Source: Kudoa neothunni
Taxonomy: Eukaryota > Animalia > Cnidaria
Direction of reading: 5' to 3'
DNA length: 64,000 nt
Assembly (NCBI GenBank): GCA_964304625.1
Contig: OZ199838.1
Coordinates: 3,436,440 to 3,500,439, forward strand
Shown here: positions 39,036 to 51,978 of the stretch, piece after piece
How the letters are laid out: every line of letters begins with the position of its first letter
How positions within the stretch are numbered: position 1 is the stretch's first letter
Notes under the pieces: model-generated
The model's input: the letters and a program-made list of their open reading frames with translations, nothing else
What the model was told of the DNA's origin: nothing
The model's database searches: none
Position numbers and translations under genes: made by a program

Positions 39036-42000
39036 TTATTGACAAGTAATTTTGTATACATATGGAGAAACACAAGCTAAATTGATGAATGATATTATTC
39101 CAGCAATTTGGCGCTGAGTTAAAAAATAATTCATCAAAAACATATGATTGACATTATGATAAAAAGTTGGCGCCAAATAACATTTTGGCACGAAAAAGTG
39201 TTTCTTATCAAAAAGAAAGATCTTTGACTGTTTTTTTTTCGACGTCAGAGTCATCGTTAAAGTTTTCATTAACAAACTAGTAAAGTTGTCAACACAGCAC
39301 TCAACAAATAAAATTACGATTGGTGCCTTACGATAAGCCTTAAGAATGTTTGAAAGAAATTTCTATCAATAAAAATTAACTATTTTCCACACAAAGAGTA
39401 TAATACTTGTTTGTTAATGGGAATTTTTGATAAAATATCGAGGAAATGAGTAGAATCTAGTTGAGACAGACAGATTAAAGTGATTTTGGCGCTCTAATTA
39501 AATTTCAGTCTACATATAATAAGAATTCTAAACACTAACTTTCCTGAGGTTGAAATCGAGAAGATCCATCGCCCAGGAGACCATCAAGGATATACAAGTT
39601 ATTAGATCTTACGTTAATATATTTAATTGAGGAGGAGAATTTGAAAAATTATCAAATACCTTCATTACACCAAAACTCGGCTATATTCTCAGAAGACATA
39701 ACAACGAAAATATTGAAAAGTTGTAGAACAAGTAATTTTGTCTAGAATAATTTCATTTCAAGTATAAATCCATAAGTTGTAATATCATAAATACTTTGAT
39801 AGAAGATAATTTTTTTGTGTTTATAAAAGTGGTAATAATATTAAGTTGGGCGAGTGAATCGTAGTTGTCTCTAAATAAACACCCACATTGAAACAAAATT
39901 AATTTAATTCGATTTAATCAACCTAATATTTTCAATAACACTGATAATTTTTATGATTAAATTGGGCTCAGTATGACGATCATATAACAATAACAACGAC
40001 GGCAATATAGATGATATCCAGTTGGATAAAAGATTGCATTGATGGGGTAATATAATAGCTAACAAATTGAGTAACGCTTCCACACACTAAAAATACACAT
40101 AAATTGCAATACTAATTACATAACGGAGTTTAGATATACCTGTAAATCATTGTCATCATTATCCAATATGTCTAGGAAGCAAGATTTTAGAGTGAGAATA
40201 TGGTCGTTTCTACAAATGAGTCACAACAAATAAAAGATTCTCAGTTCCAATAATCAATACTGCAATTGTTTATTTGTTTCGAAAAATTTTGTAAGATCAT
40301 TGATTATTTTAGTTTTTCCATTAACAGGTTTAGTTTTAGATGGATGCGATTCATCAACCAAAACCTCATTGTTCTTTCGTAACAATAAATATCAATAAAA
40401 TAATTCAAAATATATAGCTACTTCAGGTAGAATATCTTGGGCACTGAAAAATTCATTACTATATGAAGAAGCACTTTTATTTTTTAATTGAAATGGATCA
40501 AAATTATCGTTAAGGCCACAAACCATATTGGTGACCGAATGATACATGCGTTCTCTAGGTGGAGTAGTATTGGATAATGGGTTGTGAGAGGTGAATGGTG
40601 TGAAACCAGGACGACCAATCCTATCAGTATATTTTTCATTCTTGCTCACCACTGAATGAGTTTCTGGAAATTTTGGTGTGATATTAACTGAAGAAAGACT
40701 TGATTTTTGTTGCCGCATCGAAAGCAACATAGCTGAGCGAGGAGTGTCTTGTGTGGAGAACGATTGTAACTTTGTGGGTATTGCAAGTGATCCAATCCGA
40801 GCGTGCCAATTTTTGTTAATATCTTTAGAATGAGTGACATTAGAAGAAAGTTTAGTGCGGTCGGTTTCAATAGGTTGATTGATATCTGCAGTAAGACTGA
40901 GTTTAGGTTTGGGGAGTTTGTCTGGTATGGTGAAATTTTTGAGCACATTAGGATTGTCAATTTTGGTATCTTTACCGTCACGAGGCGATATATTGGACGG
41001 TTCTAATTTGGGGTTCGAAGCTGATCTCTGAGCAAGAAATTGTTCCAACCCGCCAGTTTCGGGCGGAGCGGTCTCTATTTTGAACTCATCAGTGGTGACT
41101 GATACAGGTTTGCAACGCAGTAGAGTTTTTTTGCGTTGTGTGTCCAACTTGGAGAATATGTCGTGAGCCAATGGCGGCATAACAGTCGCAACAATCCAAA
41201 AGGTTTGTCTAGCAACGTCTCTTGTTTCGGGATCAGCATCACATATCCCTTGAACAATAATGGAGGTTAGTTGATTGTTGCAGTTGGACCAACACTCATC
41301 GGGCCAGAATTCTAGAACTATTTGAACCAACTGTTGAGTTCGTCTAAGGATGATTTTAATATTTCTTTAGTAAATCACTAAATTAGATACTTGCGAACAT
41401 CTTTGGATTTGCTTGTTTTCAACGAACTTATCAGCACTGGAATGATATGCGGTTCGATTGTGTGTTTGGTGCAAAGTGACGCACAAGCAAATGACCCGGT
41501 GCTTATAATCTTGGTGGAATTCTGAAACAAAGGTATAAAACTGTGGATTAAATTGTCGAACAAGCAACCAAAGTGATTTTTAAATTTGTACGACAAATAA
41601 CTACATATATATATATATATATATATATTAACTATCAACCGAATCACTTAAAAAACTTACGAAATAGTAACACAAGCCTCTTTGCAAACTTGAGAGCGTA
41701 GATCTTTGATCGATACTTCGAGACCTTGTTGTAGCGGTTTTATCAGTTGAATAAGTTCGTCTTTATCAACCTCCTCTACAAACTTATTCACTATACCCCT
41801 TAGATTACGCAGCTAAATGATGTATAATTAATTTTACATACAAAAATCTAATAAAATCATACGCTTTTAACGCGAAGCTCCCACTCGTTATCAAGACTGG
41901 AAATGGTTTCATTGATTGCGCTGATCTCATTACAAATATCTCTAAGAGAATCCGCCATAGTTAATATATCAACTTCCCAACACTGCATCAAAAATTCTTC

Positions 42001-43509
42001 GTTCAACGCACCTAAAAATTAAAAATGAATTCTTAGTGATGATCAACCAACCACACTGTGAACCTACTTGATGACGCAGAACTAGCTGTTGCGATAGACA
42101 TTGCTGCTGGCTTACTAGTAGTGGTTTTATGCTGGGTTTGGCTTCTAACTGGAAGATTTGCAGTGGGTTTTTTTGTAATTTTAAGCGAAGTTAATCTGTC
42201 CAAACAGCTAGTTGAATTTGACACCTGTCGTGCACTACCGTTTAGTACAGAAGTGGGCCCCGATAGAAGATCTTCACATATATCGGGGAATAAATGACGT
42301 AATCTAGTGTTAATTAGAGTTGGTTGGTAAAAATAGTTTTAGATGTGTAATTTAATCATGAAAATCATTCAACAATGTATGGCAGTTACATAGTATATGG
42401 CTGATAAATTGGTAATCATATATTTTTTTGTTTTTTGCTATTGATTAAACCGAGTTAAGTCAAATCACAGAAAACATCAATATTTAACGGATTAATTGAG
42501 AAAAATATTTACTTCCAACACAACAACTATAAAAAAACAATTTAAGCAATAAATAAATTTATTAATTATTTACACAGAAAAATTCCTTAAGAATATTTAT
42601 TTTAAAAATAGCTGACAAATTTTTACTTTGAAGAATTCATTTTCACATTAGTTTTGACCGCATTTTTTACACAATTGGGTATAGTTCCATAAAAAATTGT
42701 CACAGCTTTCACTGCAATTTCTTTCACCTACAAATTCGGCAGTATAAAATTATCAATTACTATCAAATCCATATTTTGTACCTCACTATTGATATCCTCC
42801 AAAAAATCCACAAAATACTCGATATAATTAGAATATCTATTGACATCATCAAACATTGCCACATTCTCCAAATAATCCGATAACAATTGGATTATGTGTA
42901 TTTTTAGAAATTTATTTCTTGATGCCTTCACCTTTTTCAGCGCCAACATTATTATATCCTACAGGAGGAGTAAATTGAACAGATCAATTGCGTCATTGAT
43001 GTCAAAGAAAAAATTATTACCAAATTACAATATAACTTTTCGGTGGAATTCTCCAATATATTTCTAATATTGAAATGAGCTATTTCTCGTATCTATGGAA
43101 ACCAGCAATTAAATATTCTTAACGCAATCACAAATATGTTCACTTGGGGTTTGGAATCACCCAATTTATTGAGTGTAGAATCCAATACTTTTAAAAGTGA
43201 TTTGTGTTGAGAATATTTCAATACAATCAATGGAATTATTTCTAAGCTGGTGACTATCAACTAGACAAAAAATTATTTCTAATCCATCAATCCTACTTTA
43301 AATACTTTATAAGATAACGAATCTAATGAGGCCGTTATTATATCGAATAAATTTTGTACATCGTGTTGGTGAGCCAGAAGGGGCGAATTTGAGGTTTTAA
43401 GAAATGAAAACACCTGTTTCAATATTTCAAATTTTCGATCTAACGATTTTTCTCGCTGAAATTCATGAATACGGTGTAACAAGCCTGCCACATCGACAGG
43501 GTTTTCCAT
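39036..43509 (-). CDS. CLASP: CLIP-associating protein (TOG/HEAT microtubule regulator), multi-exon
   Basis: N-terminal TOG (NKLGDSKPQV), GALNEEFLMQCWEVDI, WELRVK..LRNLR, SIKDLRSQVCKEACVTISYLS, GICDADPETRDVARQTFW, then an S/R/P-rich middle and helical C-terminal exons. The 3' end is approximate. Confidence 0.9.
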
Positions 43510-46500
43510 AACCTCGCGATAAAAATTAACAGTTTATTAATAAATATGTGCGCACGGCGTTTTATTCATCCCCCTTGTTTGGTGTTTGTCAAAAAATACG
43601 AGAATAACTCTAAAAATTTGGTCTTTATCACTCGAGTATGTGAAATCTGATATTTACACTTTAAAACTATTGAATAATTTTTTACTTTTAGTTGTATATA
43701 ATCAGATGCCCCACGATCTGTTTGTGAAAACCGAACAACGGTCTCACAACAATCAATTGGAAATGTGTTTATGTGTCCGTTGTACACACTCTTTAATTCA
43801 ATTACCCAGCTCGTATTAATACAGTGCTTAAAAAAGGATGTCTTATTATATTTTGATTAATAATGGTAATAAAATGGTTTGTAAATGAATAATATTATTT
43901 TGTATAATACATTAAAGAAACTGAAAAATATTTTAAGAAGAAATAATCGAATTTATAAGTCACATAATTTTAAATATAATATAATTAGAGCGATATTTAT
44001 TTAGTTATGTATTTTTGAATTATTTGAATAATGTTAATAATTTTAAGAATAGGGTGGATTAAGACTATTTAACTTTGAAAGGTAAATTCTAATACGATTT
44101 TATTGGCATTTATTTAGTCGGTTAATACACATACCCCTTAAATAAATACACCTCAATATTAATAATCGCGAGATTAACATAGGTGAGATTATGTTTAATT
44201 CCCCTCAGATCTAATGTTAACTGTCCCAACACCATCAATATCCCTGCGTAATCCCATATTTTGGCAGGACGAGCAAATTCGTGTGGTTTGCTACTTACAG
44301 GAAAATCCCGGTGTGGCGGCTAAGCCTATTAACAATTATTATTTTGCGCGAGTCGCATAACGAGTCAGTTTTTTGAATCTGTCTTTTGTGCTGCTGCTTC
44401 ACCCGGTATTAACGGTTATTTGATTACTTTAAAGAATCTTATTTTTATAACATGGTTTTGAGACTTTGATTTATTCTTAGTTTTCTGTCGACTTCAGTCT
44501 ATTACGAAAATAAGCGAGCATGATTATGTTACATCATTTTAAAGATTAATGCCTATGTTGTTTGATGATTAATGGCACAGGCTATTGCAACGGATGAGAA
44601 TATCCCCTAAAATAACGTTCATATCAAAATTTTAATTTCATAAATACATACATACATACATACAAAAATAAACGAACTATCATTAAATAAATTTTTAAAA
44701 ACAATAACTTGGTTGACTTTTTACTCAATAATTTATATTTAGGTTGGATTCTAAGTTAAGTAACCTGTAATGTAGGTATCGTAATTTTCATACAAAACTA
44801 TGAAGAACGTTGTACATACTGAGAGAGTGAGCGCTTATTTTAAAAAAATTCTCTAAGGCGTTCCATTGTATCTGACCATGCTATAATATTTTTTCACCAA
44901 ATATAGGTCAAAATAATAAATAATACTTTACTCAGTTTATTCTGATTATAAAAATGGATATATTATTATGGTATATATTTTATAGAAGATAATATTGTTT
45001 TAGTACGGATATATGGATTTAAATTTGTCGTCGTCTTTTTCTGTTATCCAATGACGGTTAGATCAGAACCCTTAAGTCGCCCTAATGCTCTTACTTTAGA
45101 GGGAGATTTTAAATTTAAATAAACCAAAAAATTGATATGATTATTTTTTTGCAATTTTTATCGATTTCGGGGTCATCTATCTGTCGGTCACTATGCACAT
45201 TATACAAGTCTTAAGACGAGTCATTAGTAACTTAGTTGGACTCGAACATATTTCGAAAATTTCATTCATTTTTATAAGCGCTTTGAATAGAATTTGAATT
45301 TTTCTTTGGTGATTTCTTTTACTTTCGCATTTTGACTAGATTTATTAGCATTATTATTAGATGGTAAATAATTACGTATATATTCGCTGACAGGAAATAT
45401 CTCTTTCAAAGTAAATTAAGTGGTAATGTTAAGTAGAGTTGACATTAATATTAAAACGATAAATGGTGATATTTATCAAGAAAACCCAGTACAGCAATTG
45501 AACCACAAAATAAATGTAAACGTAAACGTAATCTTTTAATCTATAATCATATCGTAAAATATTTTATTTACAATCCTTGTTGCAAACACACCACATTAAC
45601 ACAAGTTCACGTGTTCATAATTAACTTATCGGGTATATTGACATTTCTTGTCATATAAAATCAACACTTTACGATTCTAAAATAATTTTATAGATAAACT
45701 TAAATTCAAATTCTTGAGGAAAGAGTCTGCTTAATTCATGCTGTATTGGCCAATTTATAGATAAAAAAGTCAACTAAGCTATTTTCTTTTGAAAATTTAT
45801 TTAATGATAGTTCGTTTATTTTTGTATATATGTATTTATGAAATTAAAATTTTGATATGAACGTTATTTTAGGAGATATTCCCATCCGTTGTAATAGCCA
45901 CCTCCTTGATTAAATTTAAAATTTAATACATATCCATTTAATATGATTCGGCTCCTCTCTTTAATTAAGTACAACCTTATTTTGTTCTCTTGCTGAATGA
46001 TAACTAATAAAAAACATGTGTTCCTAAGCTTGGCTTTACGAGCTCCCAGAAAAAATAAGCGTGGAATTTTTTGGATTATTTTAAAATCATACAATAGAAA
46101 TAATAAATAATTATATGATTTTTATAGCTGCGTTTACTGCGAATTCCATATTCAATTAGAAAATAATTTTTTTGAATTCGCAAGCCTTCGATAATAAATA
46201 ATGAAAGAAATGCTACAATGTGTTGTATAATGCATCTAAATTAATAATCCGCATAAATGATGGGTTTAACGAAATAAAAGTTTCACAACTCGATTATCAT
46301 GAGCATAACATGGCAAATTTGTCGGTATAATTCAGGCACTAAATTAGTTGAGGATTAATATTTGAATTAATAACTTGACTATTTTTGCAAACAGTGTTAT
46401 TTGGGTAAGATTAAAAATAGTGACCTTTAAAACGTAAAATTCGTCTCAAACTTGATTTCCCGGAATATATAGCCATTAAATTCAAAAATTTCGAATCCAC

Positions 46501-46570
46501 AACGAATTAAAACAACATCAAAGAAATATCCGATTATAATCTTGGTTATATTTCGCGGGAATAATTGAGA

Positions 46571-46600
46571 TACAGTAGGTAACCGATTTTCGTGCTTATT
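46571..46600. mobile_element. Solo pogo/Tigger-type TIR
   Basis: TA|CAGTAGGTAACCGATTTTCGTGC resembles the termini at 27705 and 53960; no clear partner found. Confidence 0.4.
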
Positions 46601-48571
46601 ATGCTCATGTCACAGAGAGAAATTTAGTTTTGCCCTACAAATTTATACAACAATATTATTCTACTCCCGTTTTATTTAAATTATATTATTAAATAATATA
46701 TTACATTCAGTCTACAGTATGATTACGGGCTCTTTCGAGCCAATCTAAATTATAGGATGTGCAACAAGTACCCTAAGAAAAAAAGAATTCTCATCAATAC
46801 ATTTACACTAATTATTATTAAATGACTAAATCTATTAAAATATTATTATAATTATCGTATTTCTCTTGACGTAGGACACCTTCAGCAAATACAGGAAATG
46901 ACATGATAAAGTAGCCAGTAAATGTTTGTAAATTGGATTTGTATCCATGCGGAAGTTCGAATTATCGTAAAGCAATATGTACGTTTATCGAAGATAACAA
47001 GATTTGATTATTAAAAAATAGCTTTAAGGAGAATGAGACGGAAAATATACATACATTATACAAATTTGCCATCCAACTAAAAGGAAATTATTTATATCGC
47101 ATGCTCGTCAGAGCAATAAGAGGATAAAAGACGGAATATATGCGAACAATCGGTTAATCATTGTATCCAAAGGTTTTTTCTGAAACTTTGAAAAGTTATA
47201 TTTAATTTATTCTGAAATAGAGAATTTTAATTGTAGAGTATTTGCGGAAAAATCAAAATATTTGATTTTACAGTAAATCTACATCCGTCAGCGCTTCCCG
47301 ATTGGGGGTTCCGGAGACAGTTGGTAATGGTTCAGGTCATACATCGGAGTCAACAAAAAAATTATCCGACCAATCAGGTTCTGTAGGTTTTATACAGATT
47401 CTACGTAATAGAAATCAGTCTTGAAAGTATACTATGTGAAATTCGTGCGCAATCATATCTGAAATAAGTCTAGTAAACAATAGTTATTTGCTTAATTATA
47501 CTGAAAACTAATTTATTTTTTTCCAATTTACTATTTTTTATATATTAATACCTAAAAAATCAACATCATTTTTTTATTAGTACACAAATTATTTTACAAT
47601 AATCTTAAATTATTTAATCCAAAAACTGTAAAATATTCATTTTTTATGTACACACAAAACAAATCATAAAATAATTAACACAAGTCGAATTTTTAAATAT
47701 TGCATTATATACTATTTTAAGTAAACTATAGGTAAGTAAGAATTAAACCCTAATTAACTTCAAAATTAAGTTTTTTAGATTTTTTGGGGGATCCTGATAA
47801 ATTTCTATACTTCAAATTATAATTTATTCGCCCTCAAAAATTATATAAACTAAAACTTTACATTCTTTGTTATGTCATATGTGCATTTTTCGTATTTAAG
47901 TTTTATATTTCTAATTGAAAGCAAAAACTACGAAAATTAACGTAATGCGCAGGCACGACCGTTCTGATAAACATTAATCTCTAAAATATTAAATATCACG
48001 TTTGTTATAAAAATTACGATTCATGCGTATCTTTATCTAATATAGAGCATCGTTTCAACTTAATTATTGTCCAAAATAGATGAGAAAATGTTAAAATAAT
48101 TTGTTTTATTCACATTTATTTCGCTGTTAAAGGAAACAAATTTTTCTTCTTCATGTAATTATAATAATAATAGAAGTATTATCTTTCATAAAAATATATC
48201 CGTTTTATAATTTCTTTATAAGAAGGAATGTGGAAATTAAAATGAATTGGGGAATTTTGATCTTTAATGATCTCAGATGATAGACAACAATGAATACATA
48301 AATCATATTGAGTATCCTGAAAATCCAAAGTTCAACCTTTGCTTTCATGGTTAGCTCCAAATAAGAAAAAATATATAGGGGCCTCGTAAAGGTTAACGAG
48401 ACTACCAAAATATCCAAAAAGCATCTGTTACTCATACATTTATCTTCAATCCTAACACAGTTGTACGTACGCGCAATAGAATTTTTCCCCTATCAACTCT
48501 TACTCATAAATTGTATATAGATTGAATTTCCTGGAATCTTCTATGTTAAATTATTTCTAATTTATCGTCAT

Positions 48572-48660
48572 CTCTCTTAGGGGTCAAAAATAATTAACTA
48601 CATTCAAATTTCCACCCACTTGATCTGAATATTACAATGCGCGCCAATAGCCAACTTCGA
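48572..48660. mobile_element. MITE-like element, family A, partial copy 3
   Basis: CTCTTAGGGGTCAAAAATAATTAACTACA...CTGAATATTA...CCAATAGCCA matches the right half of the 6121-6374 copy. Confidence 0.55.
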
Positions 48661-48679
48661 TCGAAAATACCCTCGCGCG

Positions 48680-49020
48680 AATTAATAAAAGTAAAACTCA
48701 GTTCTCGTCAATTTAATTACAATAAATAAAAGTAAAATTTAGTTCTCGTCTATTTAATTACAATAAATAAAAGTAAAATTTAGTTCTCGTCTATTTAATT
48801 ACAATAAATAAAAGTAAAACTCAGTTCTCGTCTATTTAATTACAATAAATAAAAGTAAAACTCAGTTCTCGTCTATTTAATTACAATAAATAAAAGTAAA
48901 ACTCAGTTCTCGTCTATTTAATTACAATAAATAAAAGTAAAATTTAGTTCTCGTCTATTTAATTACAATCAATAAAAATAAAATTTAGTTCTCGTCTGTT
49001 TAATTACTACCAATAAAAAT
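48680..49020. repeat. 41-bp minisatellite, 8 units plus a partial unit
   Basis: Unit AATAAATAAAAGTAAAA(CTC/TTT)AGTTCTCGTCTATTTAATTAC starting at 48680, 48721, 48762, 48803, 48844, 48885, 48926 and 48967; no spacers. Confidence 0.95.
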
Positions 49021-49182
49021 ATAATCTTAATAAAGCATAATTCAACATGCGTAAAATCAACTCCATAATAAACCAATAAAAAACATAATCTAATATCGGT
49101 ACGTCTAAATTTTATCAAGAGAGCAAAATTACAAGATACTCAGCCAAGAGACATCTTACAATAAGGTCTAAACGCAATTGGC

Positions 49183-50927
49183 CTATAAATTAGAATTCTT
49201 TAGCCAAACACCATTCTCGTCCTGTAAAATAGAATCTTCTTGGGGTTTAAATCTTGGTTCTAGATCCATCAGTTTAGCAAAAAATCGTAAATGAAAAGGA
49301 AGCGAGAAAAAAGTACTTTGATGGAAACCACGAGGATTGCCTGAATTTGGTCTAAATCTTCCGCCACTACTTGGGGATTCTTTAAATCTTGAAACTTCAC
49401 CACCATCGTTCCTTGTTTGACCTTGGGTGGTTGTAATTTTCATAATACTTTGGAAATCGAGTTTCTTCTCATTCCAACTGGCCGAAAAGAGATCGTTTTG
49501 TTCAGGATTACCAGGATATCGCCTAGGTTTGGATTGCTGAGAGGAATGTTTGCTAGGTGGTCGATTGGGGACGACTTTTTTTTTGAAATCCTGTCTCGCA
49601 GATATCCAATCGTCAGGAGCGTCGGAATCATTAAAAGATGGTCTGCTGTTGGTAGTGGTTGTATGTTTCTCATGTAGAAATTCCTGCCTCGCGCTTTTCC
49701 AATCACTTGGTAAATCGTTTTCAGGTTGTCTATCCCTTCTGCCGGCGGCTGGATGTGGCATTCTTTGGCGAGATTCGGCATTCCTTGAAGATTGGAAATC
49801 TTCTCTGCCTGATCTCCAATCGCCATCGACTAAATAAAAGTATAAAGTTTCTAACAACCGTCAACTCGAAAACAAGCTATATGTATATTTGAATTACATC
49901 CTTGATCGCAATGGAAATTTCCAGTGTCGAATCTGTTGTGGCGTTGAGGTGCTACAGGACAATAGAAACTTGACGATAATTTTAAATTGAGAAAGTTACT
50001 TCCAGATGTGTTGGATCGTTGGTTGACATATGTGTTTCTGGCAGCATTCCAATCGCCGATATCGTCAACTACAATCATCATTATCAGAATTTGTTGGTGA
50101 CTAATCTACCGCCGCCATTATTCATCATTTTTTGATAACGATTTATGTTTCTACATACATAAACCTATTAACATCATTGGTAAGCGAATCAAATGAGATA
50201 ACTGTTGTTTGGAGTTGCCAATGTAGCTGCTACGTTCGCCGTCTAACAAAAATTCCATTTCAAACACACTTACACTAAACAATGCATGTACATTTGTAGC
50301 CAGGTTTAATTATCTCGACCACAATTTCTCGATTATTCATTCGCTATTTGGTCAACATATAAGATCCATTACAAACAACCACAAACAAAAATTACAGTTC
50401 CATCCTTTTGAAGAGCTTTCTTCAAATCTTCTTCATTGCTTACAGTGAATATACACTCGCCTCGACGATGGCCACCACCGCCCATGCTACTGAAATCATT
50501 CGATTGTCTGTTTTGGGACTGCAACGTTGAACAATTGAATTTACAGTTATAAACACGTTGAGAAACTTACTTGAAGTGATATTTCACCGAAATATTCAAT
50601 AACGTCATCCAATGTAGCATCATAGTTGACATTTTTCACAATAATGGTGAATGGGGGTCCTCTGTTAAGAATTTCTGGATCAATTACTTGCTCAAAATGA
50701 GCTTTAGGTCCTAGTGGTACATTTCCCACGTCGATCACTTTGGTATCGCCACTCTCTGTTATAACCTCGATCACATTTCTCTGCTCGATACCTTGATCTT
50801 GAAGAAAATCACCAAGCTCTTGTGTCTTGGTGTCTAGACGTTTGCTTTTGTTTTTTAACTTTTTAGATTCTAAATAAACCATAATCAACAATATAATGCA
50901 AGTGAAAGACGCACCCTTCTTAGCCAT
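49183..50927 (-). CDS. EIF4B: Eukaryotic translation initiation factor 4B-like RRM protein, multi-exon
   Basis: MAKK..KKLKNKSKRLDTKTQELGDFL resembles the eIF4B N-terminus. It is followed by an RRM (PPFTIIVKNVNYDATLDDVIEYFG..EEDLKKALQKDG..NNREIVVEI) and a low-complexity tail with DWxxAR repeats. Confidence 0.75.
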
Positions 50928-51444
50928 AGTATCGTTCAGCACACGCTCATGCGTAGAACGCTATTTCAATGTGGTTGATTTTGGAGTTACTGACACGTTT
51001 ATTTTGTTATTCTATGAATTTTTCCTATTTTTTCAGACACAATATCTGTAAAATAGGCATTATATAGTGTTATAAGTCTCATTTCCGCCAGAATCTATTA
51101 AAGCCTTCAAATATCTAATTAGTCCTTATTAGCAATCAATGCTTAAGAAGATTCTAATGTAATTTAACTAAAAGTCAAATCAAAATAAATGAAAATTTAT
51201 GGGTTGTTTGAAAAGCATACAACGATAACACCTGTTCAAGCAATGTTTAAATCGCCCTTTTTATTAATTCCAAAAATATTAAAAAGTTGACAATTAATTT
51301 CCATTATAATATTACATAGAATTAATATAATGGGTTAGTAAGGCTTGAAGAATGTGAAATGGAACCTCAACATTCTGATTTACGATTTTGATCGATAATA
51401 CTTCGAAATTAGAGAATTAACGATTTAGTTGATTCATCGCATTA

Positions 51445-51860
51445 CAGGTAGGACTAAATTGTCGTGAGGACGTTTAATTTCAATATTCTACGTGGTTCAA
51501 ATTGTTAGATATCACTGTACCAAATTAGCTACAACGCTAACTAATAAACAGATTCACGTTCGTAATATGACGAGCCATATCGCTTGTCCTCGGCATATTC
51601 GTGATAGACTCGTCGATTTACATTCGTGGACCAGCCATACGTACACTAATTATTTTACATATTAAAAGTTGCACCAATATTTTAGATAATTTTAAAAATT
51701 ATAAAATGTTATAATTTCGTGCGTTAAATAATTTATAAGCGTTGTTACTACGAATAATTGAACAATAAACAGTCACTTTAGGATCGATTGTGCATATCTT
51801 TTTGCTTCGACCTCCGACCGCGTAATAAAATTAAACGTGCCCCTTATTTTTTCTACCTAA
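51445..51860. mobile_element. Degenerate MITE-like element
   Basis: AGGTAG...ACGTTTAATTT at the left versus AAATTAAACGT...CTACCT at the right. Confidence 0.35.
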
Positions 51861-51943
51861 CTTAAAGAATTAGTAAATTTTCGTGGTTATATTAATGTGA
51901 CAGATGTTTAAAAATGAAGGATAAACATAGACACACGTTGTAG

Positions 51944-51975
<32 letters not shown>

Positions 51976-51978
51976 GGG

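Noticed and set aside
43566-48435. Short ORFs in the AT-rich stretch between CLASP and EIF4B
   Set aside because: Low-complexity I/K/F/L-rich translations with no family motifs; the region looks like decayed repeats.
48680-49020. CRISPR-like array
   Set aside because: Units are contiguous with no unique spacers, there are no cas genes, and the context is eukaryotic; it is a minisatellite.
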